Positions 1 through 13,600 of a stretch of DNA of 64,000 nt are shown here, in pieces. The notes beneath the pieces are model-generated. The model saw only the letters and a program-made list of their open reading frames with translations, was not told the origin of the DNA and ran no database searches. Source of the stretch: Hypanus sabinus (lineage: Eukaryota); the NCBI RefSeq assembly GCF_030144855.1, contig NC_082730.1:13206001-13270000 (forward strand), given 5' to 3'. The first letter of the stretch is position 1, and every line of letters starts with the position of its first letter. A program made the position numbers and the translations under genes.

Positions 1-151
1 CTTTTTAAGAGCTATTTATTAATGCTTTTTGGGAGGGTGATTTTAGATGCATATCATATTTATACTGAGTTAAATTATGTAATTAGTTTTGCTACAATAA
101 TTGTATGGGACACTGGAAAAATATTGAATTTCCCCTTGGGGATGAATAAAG

Positions 152-188
<37 letters not shown>
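152..188 (+). repeat. (TATC)9 microsatellite, tail of a LINE 3' end
   Basis: tatc x9 directly follows ttccccttggggatgaataaag, a LINE-like 3' terminus. Confidence 0.9.
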
Positions 189-189
<1 letters not shown>

Positions 190-1014
190 GTTTTCCAGCA
201 GTCCAAAATCCACTCTCGCCTCTCTTTTACTCTTTCTGTATGTGAAGAAACTTCTGGAAGCCTCTTTAGTATTTGGCTAGCTTATTTCCATATTCCATCT
301 TTTCCCTCTTAATAACTTTTTAGTTGCTTTTTAAAATCTTTCCAATCCTCTAATTTTCCCCTAATATTTGCATTATTATATGCCCTCAAAAATGGTTTTC
401 CTTGGCCTTCGTATCCCGAAATTAGCAACAGCGGATCATGAAGGCCAGGAAGAACACTGCTTTAACTGGGACACCCGTTGAGGTTCTGGTGCAGACAAAC
501 ACAAAGCAGGCTTGACAATTTTTAGAACTGTTGTTTTCTTCTGATAACTCCATAAACAAATATTATCAAAATAGACGTCATCTACAGACCCCTAAGAGCC
601 AAAGAAATGCGAGCCAATAAAATTCAAAGGTGAACTGAAGGGATAGCCAATTAGGACTGAGGCAAGAGAATGGGGGGGAGGGTGCTATATAAATGCAAGC
701 AGCTGCCAGAGAAAAATACCAACAACGGCACACTACAAAAACATCTACAAGTTAATTGCCAAGCTTGGCAAACACCACAATATCAAAAGCCTCAACCAGA
801 GCTACCAATATTCACCACCATCCTAAACTGAGTGTCCAATTCTATTGTAATTTATTTGCCTTTCACTTCTGGCATAAGTCATTTTGATTGTCTATTTTTA
901 ATTTACACATGGAAAATTTCGAGTCTACACAGTCCTGTGTCAGTCTCAGCATTATCAGAATTTTCATCAACAGCATGCAGGTTAGTACTCTTTTTGACAC
1001 TGTAACTTGTATTT

Positions 1015-1475
1015 TTAGCTTTTTGTCTGGCCAGTGTGGACTAGTATTTTTGTCTGCCTGACATACTCTTTGTATGTGCCGTACTTTGTTGCATTTTCTG
1101 CAAGTTTCACTTTTAAATTTGCATGGTCTGGTGTATGTGAGCCGCAGCTACAATGGTAACACAGCTTGGTCGGCCTGGCCAATTTCTGTTTAGACATTGC
1201 AATTTTGTTCATGCTCACTTTCATTCCTGAATGGAACTCAATTGCTTCTCTGTCCATTGTTTCCATTGATATAGTGATTTCAACTTCACTTTTAAATGAA
1301 AGCTGTGCTTCAGCTAGGAGCTGTTTTTGAATGCTTTCTTGTAAGATTCCACTAACTAAATAATCTCTCAGTGCATTACTAAGTCCATGAATGAAATGAC
1401 AATGCTCAGACAATCTCTTCATTTCAGCCATGTATGCTGAAATGTAGTCTCCTTTTTGATTCCACTTATGGAACC
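1015..1475 (-). mobile_element. Gypsy/Ty3 LTR retrotransposon gag fragment (degenerate)
   Basis: AYMAEMKRLSEHCHF...LRDYLVSGILQESIQKQLLAEAQLSF is a gag capsid-like segment, followed by a decayed zinc knuckle CYHCSCGSHTPDH. Confidence 0.8.
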
Positions 1476-2214
1476 TAGATTATTATTGTGTACAGTAATA
1501 TTCTGTACTTTATTATATTTATTATTGTTTCTAAGTGTGTTTTTAAATGTTGCTGCTGTAACTAAATAATTTCCCACTTGGGATCAATAAAGTGCTTATT
1601 ATTATTACTAAACTATTCTGTAATCAACAATGGCTTTGGTTCTAAATGTTCTTACATTGCTTTGACAATATCAGTAAAGCTAATTTCTTCTGGTTTGGGT
1701 GGAGCAGTTAAACGTTGATGTGAACTGAATGCCTTTAAACCAAATGCACTCAGAAAAATTGGCCCTTGTTTCTCATTGGCTACTTCATTTGCTTAAAATA
1801 CTGTCCATTTAGCACAGTATACATGAGCCAGTTATCTTTTGTGAAAGCAAACGGGTCAATCTTTCCGATGTCGGCAGCCATTTCTGCTTTTTTAAAATGA
1901 TTATTATCACCCTACACTCACTCTTTACGAGCTCATGAATACTGTTTATTGCCTATTTTCTAGCGTGATAGTCTCTACATGCGCTGGACTGTTTCTCACT
2001 CGCTGTTCCTTGCTGTGCATTTCTTTGAACTCAAAAGTCTCACTGACATTTCCTTTGAACTTAAACATCTAATTCTGCATCAATGGATCAGTAGCCATCT
2101 TGGGATCCTTTATATTTATCTCGTCACCAACATGACATTTTGTAACTTCAGAACATTCATTCAAAGGAAGACACGGAGGTCCAAAATGTGAGTCTAATTT
2201 TGTGTTTTACTTTA

Positions 2215-2340
2215 AGCAAAGCACACACATTATCACATGGTAACATGATAATGTATGCAATTTATGTACTTTTACATACAACTATATATTTACAAGGTTA
2301 CTCAAAGATTACTGAAATATTACATATACTACATACACCT
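2215..2340 (-). mobile_element. Gypsy LTR fragment (same family as ~40900-41068)
   Basis: Shares atatatttacaa...ttactcaaa.attactgaaatatt with 41020-41060 and lies 5' of the gag fragment on the minus strand. Confidence 0.5.
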
Positions 2341-2967
2341 GCAAAAGTTCAAGAGAATCAGATATCTAAGAAAGTGCTGATATGATTCCTAGATCAGCAC
2401 ATCAGTTTTGAGGGATTAGGTGATACAGATGCCTAGGGACTTGAAGCTGTCCTTACATTTCTACAGAAGTTCAGATGATGAGGATGTGTTGTGTCTGCTC
2501 CCTACCCCCTTGCTCCTTTAGGCCAACAACCAGCTCTTACATTTCCCAACACATAGGCAATCCCAGTTTGTTACTGAAGATGGCTTTCACCCATAGGGGC
2601 ACTTTTACTGAACAAGACTGATATTAGTCAGCGATCTGTGGACATAGGGAACTTGTTTGCTCTCTTGTTTGTCCAATAATTAGTATTTCAGAGGATGAAA
2701 TTGATGAGGTTAGTAAATCCAAGGTGAGGAATTGTTGGAAGATATTTCACTTAATAATGTCGATAGATCTGCTAAATTGATCATGGAATAGGTTAAAAGG
2801 TCAGCACAACATTGTTTGCTGAAGGGCCTGTATTATGCTGTACTATTCTATGTTCAAATGGGTGAGTCCTGAAGAAGGGTCTCTGCCCGAATTGTTGACT
2901 TGTTATTCATTTCCATAGATGCTGCTTGACTTGCTGATGTCCTGCAGCACGTTGTGTGTGTTTTTCT

Positions 2968-3236
2968 GGGCATGGCGGTGGAATGGTTAGTACAATGCTT
3001 TACAGTACCAGTGACCCAGGTTTAATTCCCGCCGCTGTCTGTAAGGAGTTTGTACGCTCTCCCCATGACTGCATGAGCTTTCTTTGGGTGATCCAGTTTC
3101 CTCCCACAGTGGGTAGGTTAGTTGGTCTTTGTAAACTGTCCCGTGATTAGGCTGGGGGTAAAGAGGTGGCCGCTGGGCAGCGCAGCTTGTAGGGCCAGAA
3201 GAGCCTGTTGCACACTGTATCTCAATAAAATAAAAA
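2968..3236 (+). mobile_element. tRNA-derived SINE
   Basis: A-box-like tggaatggttag and B-box-like ggtttaattcc; conserved body tgtaaggagtttgtacgctctcccc; 3' tail ctgtatctcaataaaataaaa. A related minus-strand copy is at ~23570-23880. Confidence 0.75.
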
Positions 3237-4473
3237 TTTCCAGCATCCGCAGAATCTCTTGTGGAATTGAAATGCTTCTGTCTACTAGTCTATGCGGGAA
3301 TGAAATGACGGTAGTTATTTATTCTGTCTTCCAGGAAGGTGGAGAACATGGAGAAAAGAAACAGTGACTATTCCTACTAATGTAGAAGCTTTAATGCACC
3401 AGGAATATCCCAAGGGATACACATGAGTATTATCAATCAAAGATGATGAATACACCCACCTTCCTGGAGGTACAGTATTTCCATATGAGGGCATTAGGGC
3501 AGATGATGAAAAGCTGGGTGAAAGCTTTAGTTTTCCAAGAGACAAAGGAGGGAGATTAATTTTCGGGGTGTGCAAGAGATCTTGGTGGAGCAGGAGGAGC
3601 AAAGATGTGGGAAAGACTGAGGTTAATGAGGCAAAATAAGGATGGGAACTTCTAACTTGTAATACTTGATCAGGAGGCACTATGAGTTAGTGAGGCAGGG
3701 TGAGAGGGGCACAGTGTTTTGTTAGGATATCTCAGATCAAGTGCTGGAGAAACTGAGCAGGTCAGGCAGATTTCTGGAGGGAAATGAACAATCGATGTTT
3801 CAGATTGAGACCTTTCATTAGAACTGGAAAGGAAGGAGGCAGAAGCCAGAATAGAAAGGTGGGGATAAGGGAAGGAATACAAGCTGGCAGGCAATAGATG
3901 AATTCAGATAGGTGAATGATGTGAGAAGCTGGTATCAGTCCTTTGCCCCTTTCACTATTATCTACCAGCTCCTCACATTGTTCCCTTTTCTACTCCCTGC
4001 TCCACCTCACCCCCTCACCTAGATTCACCCTTCGCCCACCAGCTTGTGCTTCTATCCCCCTCCCACCCTGTTATTCTAACTTCTGCCCTCTTCCTTTCCA
4101 GTCCTGATGGAGGATGTCAGGTGGAAATAATTACTGTTTATTCCTTTCCATTGAAGCTGCCTGACCTACAGTGGCTGAGGCACTGGAACTCTAAAGCACT
4201 TTGCTCTGGTTTCAGTGTCTGGAGTCTTTCTAGTGCAGGTTAAGACATGGTTAACAGAGATGTGGATGACTTCAAGTTTTCAGGGTTCGATGAAAGATAA
4301 GCAAAGATTAAAGCCCTAGTATATTTTGGTGTTCTCTAGATCTTGGGCAAATTCTTTTTACATATTATTCATTAATTAAAATTAACTTTGAAGTTTCTGT
4401 AATGCAAATATTTCGAAGAATGATCTTAACTTAAGACAATATTTCTAGAAAACTGAATGGTGCCATATTTGCA

Positions 4474-4653
4474 CTAGGATCTAAATAACAGGGCAGAATA
4501 TTCTACTGATTCCGATGAATGGATCTCGACATCTCCATTTTGCGCTTTCAGATCCTTCGTATTGGAATAAATTGCCGAACTTCCTTCAGTCTGAGTGGAA
4601 GGCTGAATGGTGATTGTGGAATAGGTAACAGTATCTTCAGCTTCTTTTTCAAA
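4474..4653 (-). CDS. Gene 1 exon 7 (ITIM-bearing terminal exon)
   Basis: Acceptor cttacttattttag|TTT; 180 nt to TAG. Encodes FEKEAEDTVTYSTITIQPSTQTEGSSAIYSNTKDLKAQNGDVEIHSSESVEYSALLFRS*. VTYSTI and VEYSAL match the ITIM consensus (I/V/L/S)xYxx(I/V/L). Too short to appear in the ORF track. Confidence 0.9.
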   Translation of the reverse strand, partial: FEKEAEDTVTYSTITIQPSTQTEGSSAIYSNTKDLKAQNGDVEIHSSESVEYSALLFRS

Positions 4654-7600
4654 CTAAAATAAGTAAGTCAATTAGTTATTTAAATGCAAAGGGTAAAGTA
4701 CTCTTGAAATCTGAGATTTGGATAGGGAATACAGGAAATGTTCAACAGGTCGGGCAGCAAGTGTGGAGAAGGAAACAGATTCAAAGGGTTGTATTGTTCT
4801 CAAGCCAGCCCATGCCTAGTGTTTGGTTTCTGGTAGATCACTGCAGCCTCTTTAAGAATGTGTGGCCACAGGATTCCCAAAACCTTGGAGCAGTCTCCAA
4901 CTTGGTCTCTCTAAATACAAGAATGGCTGCACCCTGGGGATCAGTAAGGAACAGAGGGAACTCAGAATACAAACCAAAGGAGCCTTGACGGTGGTAGAAA
5001 AGGTTAATAACGTGGTTAAGAATGCATATGGGACAGTAGCTTTCATGAGTCAGGGGCAACCTTCCCTCTAATTTGTAATGACCAGTGTGCGCAAAAATCT
5101 TGTGCTGTGCAGTTCTTTGCCCAGTAACAACAACATGTGAACAGTGAATTATTGATTCAATAATTTCTTCAATTAAAAAAAAACAGTATGATTAAGCCAG
5201 CTCTAAAACCTGCAGACAAACCATCGCAAACTCCACATTGTCAACACCGTCTGAAAAGGAAATATGAATGTGTACGATGGTGAAATATACTTAACATGCC
5301 AACGAGGTGGAGGGTGTGCTCCGTTTAACTTCCTTAGTGTGTTGGTAGCCAAAGATGTGTGCATGCACACATGTGCACACCTTAGAGGGAACATTGGTCA
5401 GGGGCATAAATATAAGAGCAGCAAAGTTATGCTGTAATCTCATAAAACATTGGTCAGATCCCAGCTCAAATACTGTGTGAAGTTCTAGCCAGCAAGATCG
5501 ATGGTACTGGAGAGAGGGCAGAGGAGATTCAACAGGATGTATTGTATTGGTTTATTATTGTCATATGCATCAAGACATAGTGAGAGGCTTGTCTCGCATA
5601 CCATTTTTACAGATCAAATCATTACAGAGTGCCGTGGATGACTGCTGTTCCTCACTGCTCTCTAGGAGGTGGCCAATCATAGATTCAGGGACACCAAGAC
5701 AAAGGCTGCGCCAAGGTGCTTGGAGTCCCGGAGGCACGTGTACATAAAGTGGCTTCAGTGATCTACCAGCTTTGCCCGACTGAGACTGAGGCTGTGGGCC
5801 TGCTCCGGCTGCTCCAGGCTTCGTATCTAAGGGCTCACTTTCGCTCAAAATGCTGTTGCTGGCTTTTATTGTTTACGTGATTTATGTTTTTAATCTCTCT
5901 CTCTCTGCACAGCGGATATTGGTCTTTTCTTAACAGGTTCTTTCAGGTTTCTTGTTTTGTGCTTGCCTGTAAGGAGAGGCACCTCAAGGCTGTACAATGT
6001 ATACCGGTACCCACTTTGATAGTAAGTGTTCTTCGATCTTTGAAGCAAAAAACTTGGTATGAGCTGGATTGATTACAGCACAAACCTTTGATCCTGTTCC
6101 TGTACATTGAGGTGAACAAAGTAAAATAGGACATTGCCTGGGAATGAGAAGTTCATTGGATAATCAGAGAACAGAAACATAGGGCAGTCATAGCATAAGA
6201 AAAGGCTATTCTGCCCAACAGGTCCATCCTCGTTCCTAGCACAGCAATTACATTTTCCCATTATTTCCCCACAGTCCTGTAAATAACATCTAGTCCAAGT
6301 TCTAATCAGGAAACTGCAGAGTTGATCCTCTCTTTGCTCACTGTTCACATACAGTCCTTTTAGCAGCAGACAGCTTGGAAGAGCAATACCTCATAGTCTG
6401 TCTGAATAGCCTCCAACCTGATGGCAGGATGATTTCTTCTCCCCTTTCCTTTTCCATTCTTCAGTCTGGCTCCCCTCTTACCCTTTCTCTTCTTTTCACA
6501 TGCCTATCACCTCTCCTCTGGTTCACCTCCTCTATCCCTTCCTCCCATGATCCACTCTCCTTGCATCAGATTCCTTCTTCCTCAGCCCATTACCTTTTCC
6601 ACCACTTGGCATAGCCGAGTGACTAAGGCATCAATCTAGTATCTGAAGATCCCTAGTTCAAGCCTCAGCTGAGACAGTGTGTTGTGTCTTTGAGCAAGGC
6701 ACTTAACAACACATTGCTCTGCAACAGCACCAGTGCCAAGCTGTATCGGCCTATGCCCTTCCCTTGGACAACATCGGTGGCATGGAGAGGGGAACCTTGC
6801 AGCATGGGCAACTGCCAGTTTTCCATATAACCTTGCCCAAGCCTCAGTAAACATCAAAATCAATGGAAAGCCGAAGAAGAAGACCTTTTCCACCTATCAC
6901 CTCCCAGCTTCTCCCTTCATCCTCCCTTCCCCCCCAACTACCTTCCTAGCTTCACTTATTACCTGTTAGCTTGAACTCCTCTCCCTCCCCCCACCTTCAT
7001 ATTTTGTCTTCTCCCCCCTTCCTTTCAAGTCACGATGAAGAGCCTCAGTAATATATTCCTCTCCATAGATGCCGCCTGACCTGCTGAGTTCCAACAGCAT
7101 TTCGTGTGTGATATCTACCCAATAAAATGTCTTTTCAAAATTATATTCCCATCTGAGGAAAATAGTGCAAGAATAGATTGAAGCAATTACTTTTGAGAGT
7201 TTATAGTTTGTTAAAGAAATTATGGATTGTGCTAAGAACTGAAAAAGAGCAGCAATATACCATAATTTCATATTACTCTGCATTCTCACCTTGGCTGTAG
7301 TCGAAGTTTCTGGGTTCCTGTTATTATCTGCAAAAGAAAAAAAAACTAAAAATACCACTTAGAAGACAATTATTCTCATATTTCCCCCCATCCCCTGTAG
7401 CAGGTTTGCTCCACCTTCATTCTACCTTTATGAGCTTTATGTAGGTCAGCAGAAAGGGTCATTGGCTGCAATCTACCATCACTGCTGGACCTCTTTGTCT
7501 CTAGGACTACAAAGTGGGCAGGGAAAAAAGTCATTGCAGGCACTACCCACCCTACACGCTACCTTTTCCAAAAGCTCCCTTCTGGAAAGCACTATACAGC

Positions 7601-10600
7601 TATTAAAACAAAACCTTTACTCCATCTTATAAGTTTATCCTTCCAGGTAGTTAATTGGACCAACCATTCTACTCAGCACCCCTCACCCTTCTCTATCTGT
7701 TCTGCTCTCCCACCCGTTTTGAAAAACAATGGCCTTTTTGTGGTGTAATTACAGTACATGATGGTATTTGTGCAAATTTATTCCGTATCTGCACTTAAAT
7801 CTCCAACTTTATTTTTAGATAAGAGTTTATAGTTTGTAATTTTTGAATATAGTTTTTGTTGTTGCACCAGCCAACATAGCAAATCTCTAATCCATATATA
7901 TGTATATGACGAATAAAGTCGATTCTCAAGGTACATTGAAACATCAGAGCATACAGAGAAGTACACACAAAAAGCTGGACGAATCTGATAGGAGAAGAGC
8001 GTGGACCTTGGGAGAAAGGGAAGAAGGAGGGACACCAGGGGGAGGTGATAGGCGGGCGAGGAGAAAAGGTAAGAGACCAGCATGAGGAATAGAAGAAAAG
8101 GGAAGAGCGGAGAAAAAACTGCTGAAGGAGAAATTGATGTTCATGCCATCAGGTTGGAAAGCACTCAAATGGAATACAAGGTATTGTTCCTCCACCTTGG
8201 GGTATCCTCATAGTGGCACATGAGGAGAACATGGACCGACATGTCAGAAAGGGAAGAGGGATGGGGATAGGAATGGGAATTAAAATGGTTGGCCTCTGGG
8301 AAATTCCACGTTGGCAGATAGAGCAGAGGAGTTTGACAAAGAGGTCCCCTCCCCCAATTTACACCAATGTAGAGGAGGCCACATTGGGAGCACCGGATAC
8401 AATAGATGACCCTAACAGATTTGAAATGTTACCTCATCTGGAAGGATGTTTGCAGCCCTGAATGGAGGTAAGGGAGGTGTAGCAGTTCTGTTGCTTGCTG
8501 GGAAATCTGGCAGGAGGATGACTAGTGGGGAATCACGGAAGGAGCGATCTCTGTTGAAAGTGGGGAGTGATGGGGAGGTAAAGATGTACTGTATTCGGTG
8601 GTAGGCTACCAGTGAAGAGGGCAGAAGTTGTGGAGAATGATGTGTTGAATGCCACCGGTTCATGCGGTGGTAGGTGAGGACAAGATGAACTCCATCATTG
8701 TTGAGGCGGTGGGAAAATGGTGTGAGTGTGGATGTCTGAAAAATGGAGGGGATGTGAACGACGGCTGCATCAATGGTGGAGGAAGGGAAACCTCCTTGAA
8801 GAAGGAGGACATCTCTGATGCCCTGGAAAGGAAAGCCTCATCCTGTGAGGAAAAGGGACTGAGAAAGGGGAATAGCATTTTTACAGTAGAAATGGGAATA
8901 ACATTCTCCTCTATTTGCATCAATGACCAACACAGTCCAAGGACGTGCTGGGGCAGCCCACATTTTGAAGCGCCAATCAAAGTACTTGCCTGAGTTTCTC
9001 AATTTTCTGCTTTCCTGCTCAACTACACACAATGACTCAAACTTGCTACAGGAAGCTGCAGCCTCTTGCTACTTTCTTGCTTTCTGATAGGAAAACTACT
9101 TCCCGTCAAGTGTAACACAACACCGGGCTGATTTCAGTAGATGTGGTTTCGAAACCGACCACTGAAACTTCCGCAACAAATGAGGCTGACGTGCCTGTAC
9201 ACCACCAAAAGAGAACTGCAGTGAAGGAAGTGGTAAATTTTGGATGACACAATAAACTGAAGCTTAATCTGAATTTGTACTTTTCCATACAAGTGCCGTT
9301 GGAAGTATTTCAAAGTTCAAAGTTCAATGTAAATATGTCAAAAGGTACAACCCTGAGAATCATTTTTTTGCGGGCATGCTCAATAAAGCCAACAATCATC
9401 ATAGAATCAATAAAAAGAACATACCAACAGGGCAGACAACCAGTGTGCAAAAGACAAGTTATGCAAATACAAAAGAAAATAAATAATAATAATAAATAAA
9501 TAAGCAATAAATGTCAAGACGATGAGATGAAGAGTCCTTGAACGTGAATCCAAAGGCTGTGTGAACAGTTCAGTGATGTCCCCCTTTGATTCAAGCGCCT
9601 GATGATTGAGGGTTGATAGTTGTTCTTGAACCTGGTGGTCTGAGTCCTAAGGCTCTTGTACCTTCTTCTGATGGCAGCAGTGTTAAGACAGCATGACTTG
9701 GGTGTTCAGCGTCTCTGATGATGAATGCTGTTTTCCCACGACAATGCTCCATGTAGGTGTGCTCAATGGAGGGGAGATGTCTAGGTGCAACTTCATGCAT
9801 TCTGGCCAATATCTAGCCTTCTACCACTGGCCTCTTAACATATCGTGCACATTTTCTGTACCGACATTGGCTGCTGTGGATGCAGGATCCATCGAACCTT
9901 GTAGGTGCAGTCTTAGAATCTTAATAGCCAGCATCTGCCTCAAGAAAACAACTGTGCCAATTCTTGAGAAGCATGGAGCTATCAAAATCAGTATCAGATT
10001 TATTATCACTGACATCTGCTTTGAAATTTGTTGCTTTGCAGCAGCACTGCGTAAAAATTACTATAATTTACAGTAAGAAATATATATTCCAAAAGAGACA
10101 AAAATAGTGAAGTAGTGCTGTTGGGTTCACAGTCTATTCAAAAATTTGTTGGAGGAGGGTAAGTAGCTGTTCTTAAAATGTTGAGTCTAAAACTATCCTC
10201 AATGTCCAGGAAATGATTACCTCTCAATCCGGATTGGAGAGAGGATGCCTCTGTTTAGTCACAAGAGATTTTGACTCAAAAGAATCCGCAGATGCTGGAA
10301 ATCTTGAGTGGCACACACACAATGCTGGTCAGGCAACACCAATGGAGAGGGTAATAAAAACCCTGCTGAAGTTTCTGGAGCTGAAACATCGACTGCTTAT
10401 TCCCCTCCATTGAAGCTTTCTGACCTGCTGAGTTCCTGTAGCATTTTGCATGTGTATATCGTTTCTGACATTTTGTCACTGTTGTGGCTGCCAATTTGGG
10501 CACTAACAGCTGTGTTAACTTCCAGGTAATCTGGTTTTGCATGCTGTTGATCGAGAGAATTTCATGGCTCTACCACCATGCTGCCAAGTAATCCTTTCCA

Positions 10601-13600
10601 TCTACAGCTCCTCTCCAGGATTCTCCACTAAAGGATGATGAGAAGTGGCACAACACTGTACAAGGTGATGAGAGGCAAAGACCGAGTGGATAGCCAGAGA
10701 CTTTTCCCCAGGGTTGGAAATGACTAATACAAGAGAACAAAATTTCATTGTAATTTTTGGAAATGACAGGACTCATTTCCAAATGACATTGTTGGAAATG
10801 TTGGAAATGTAGGAAAGAAAGGGTGGTGGTAGAGGCAGATACATAGGGATACGCAAGAAACTCATAGATAGGCACATGGAAGATGGAGAAATGGAGGGCT
10901 ACGTAGGAGGGAAGGGTTAGATCAATCTTAGAAAAGGTGAAAAGATTGGCATAATATCATGGGTTGAAGGGCCTATACTGTGACATGTGAATCCATGTCC
11001 GGAGATATGACAGTTTGTAACCCGAGCTGTTCGCAAGTCCAAAATGTGGCCACAAACCAAGTTCCCACATAACAGAGGAGCCTGCAGCCTTGCCGCCACC
11101 TGCATCTCCATCCCATTCCATCCCGCTCGTCTCCCATTCATATATATGGTCTGCACATAACTTGGGCATTACATCCTGGGCTGGAGAGAAGTAACTTAGC
11201 TCTCCCGTCACTCTGTGTCAGAGCACCAGCCTTTGCCTTCTGGGATTTGAACTCTGGTGTGAGATTTGACTGCTCCATACCGCCACCCCCATCACCCCAG
11301 CTTTGACCCAGAGTTGACTACACTCCCCAATGGCCCTGCCAACTGATACTTTCCATTGGATCCCAATATATTATTGTGCCATCACACACAACAGTTGCTG
11401 TTCTATTATCATTCTGACCTTGGAAGGAATATTTTGTGGGTTACTTACTTGTAGGAGTGACTGTTTTCAATGGTCTTCTTCTAATCTTTATAAGTAGAAC
11501 TATCAGAAGTAAGACCAATAGTCCCAGCAGAAGTGGAACCAAAATGTACCATATCTGTGGGCCGCTGCTAAAAAATAAGATAAATGAGATTGAAGCTTTG
11601 TACATTTGACAGTCCAAGGGAAAATTCGTCAAGTTTAAGTCTGCCATTCAACCGTACACATGTAGACCACCAAACTAAACAAAGATTCCTTTGGACCAAG
11701 GTGTACACGCAGTATGTATCACTCACACACAACACATGAAGCAATATTACCACAAGAATATGAACAAATAATAAGGCCCAACACGTAATGGATTGAACCA
11801 GAGGGAGAATTCGATCTTGAATGCTGAGAGCTGCCTAACCAGAATACGTGGTGATCTCTTGTACTAAGTTGTCATGGTTTCTTCAACAGGACTGCACAAA
11901 CTGACAATTACCTACAATACTGGATACTCCAACTGCAGCTGGGTGGTCTAGAGATTGAAGGTTCCATGTCTGTGAGTCTGGGTCAAGGACTGGAGGTCAG
12001 AGGTTGGACGCTGCTTTCGTTTTGCAGTGCTATGTGTCAATGTACTTAAGTGGGGGAGGGGTGGGGGGAAAGAGTGGTACTCTTTGTGATAGACTGGGCT
12101 GAGTCCACCACTTTCTGCAGCCCCCTCCATCCCTTGGTGTTGCCATAGCAGTCAGGCTAATGTCCACTGTGCATCTATAGACGTTTCTCAAACTCTTTGG
12201 TGTCATGCTGAACCTACACAAATTTCCGAGGCAGGTTGTGTCTTCTTTGTAACGTCACTTATGTGCTGATCCCAATACAGATTCTCTGATAGGTTAATGC
12301 CAAGGAACTTAAAGCCACTGACCCTATCCACCTCAATTCCCCTAATGAGGACTGATTCATGGAACCCAGAACGCAGAACAGCACAGGAACATGCCTTTCG
12401 GTGCACGGTGCTGTGCTGAACTGATTAAATTAGTAACCAAAGGGCTAACTGAACTAATCCCTTCTGCCTAATCCTTCCAGTTCCTCACATCTATGTGCCT
12501 ATCTAAAGGTCTCTTAAAGGACCCCAATGTGTCTGCCTCTTCCACCATTCCAAGCAGCACATTCCAGGCACCCATCACTCTGTGGTAAAAAAAAACTTGC
12601 CCCTCACATCTCCTTTGAAATTACTGCCCTCATCTGAAATGCATGCCCTTCCTTATTGGACATTTCAACCCTCAGAGAATGATACTGTCTCTCCCATCTA
12701 TGCTTCTTATAATGTTAAAAACCTCTTTCAGATCTCCCCCCAACCTCCGCCGCTCCAGCGAAAACAACCCAAGTGTGTCTGATCTCTTGTTGTAGCACAT
12801 GCCATCTACTCAAAGCAGCTTTCTGGTAAAACTCCTCCACACTCTCTCTGAAGCATGGATGCCCTTCCTATAAAGGGGTGGCCAGAAACGTATGCAGTAT
12901 TGCAGATGCAACCTAATTAGAGTTTTACACAACTTCCTGACTTTCGAAGTCAAAGTCACAACAAATAAAGGCAAGCATGCTGTATGCTTTCTTAACCACC
13001 CTATCAACCTGAGTAGTCTCTTTCAGGGAGTTATGAATTTGGATCCCAAGATTCTTCTTCTCCTCAACGCTGTTAAGGGCCTTACTCTTTACAGTGTACT
13101 GCATCTTTAGACCATAAGACAGAGGAACAGAATGAGATCATTTGGCCCATCGAGTCTGCTCCACCATACCATCATGGCTGATTTATTATCCCATTCCATC
13201 TCATTTTCTTGTTTTTTCTCTGTAACATTTGAAGCCCTGACTAAACAAAAACCTATCAAGCTTTAAATGTACCTACCTGAGCATTAAGTATACTCAATGA
13301 CTTGGCCTCCACAGTCACATGTGGCAATGAATTCCATAAATTCACCACCCTCTGGCTTAAAATATTCTTCCTTATCTCTGTTCTAAATGGACGTCACTCT
13401 ATTCTGATGCCATGTCCTCTGCTCTTGGACTCAACTATTCATCCTCTCCAGATCTACTCTAACTAGCCCTTTCAATATTTGATAGGTCTCAATGAGACTC
13501 CCCCTTCTTTCCTCTAAATTCCAAGTAAAGACCCAGAGCCATCAAATTCTCTCTATACAGTATGTTAACCCTTCATTCTGGAATCATTTTATGAACCTCC

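Noticed and set aside
3300-4473. Polyadenylation site for gene 1
   Set aside because: The AATAAA (minus strand) at 3318-3323 is plausible, but it is ~1.15 kb from the stop and cannot be distinguished from chance hexamers without transcript data.
7191-7238. Phase 0-0 exon-like segment FLAQSIISLTNYKLSK just after exon 6
   Set aside because: It would require a 51-nt intron, below the usual vertebrate minimum, and it has no signalling motif.
7196-7837. Shared 16-mer agagtttatagtttgt at ~7196 and ~7822
   Set aside because: The match is short and AT-rich with no extended homology; probably chance or an old micro-duplication.
9080-9250. Ser/Thr-rich reading (KPTTETSATNEAD) resembling a mucin stalk
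   Set aside because: It is on the plus strand, opposite to the gene, has an in-frame stop near the candidate acceptor, and lies downstream of the TM exon.
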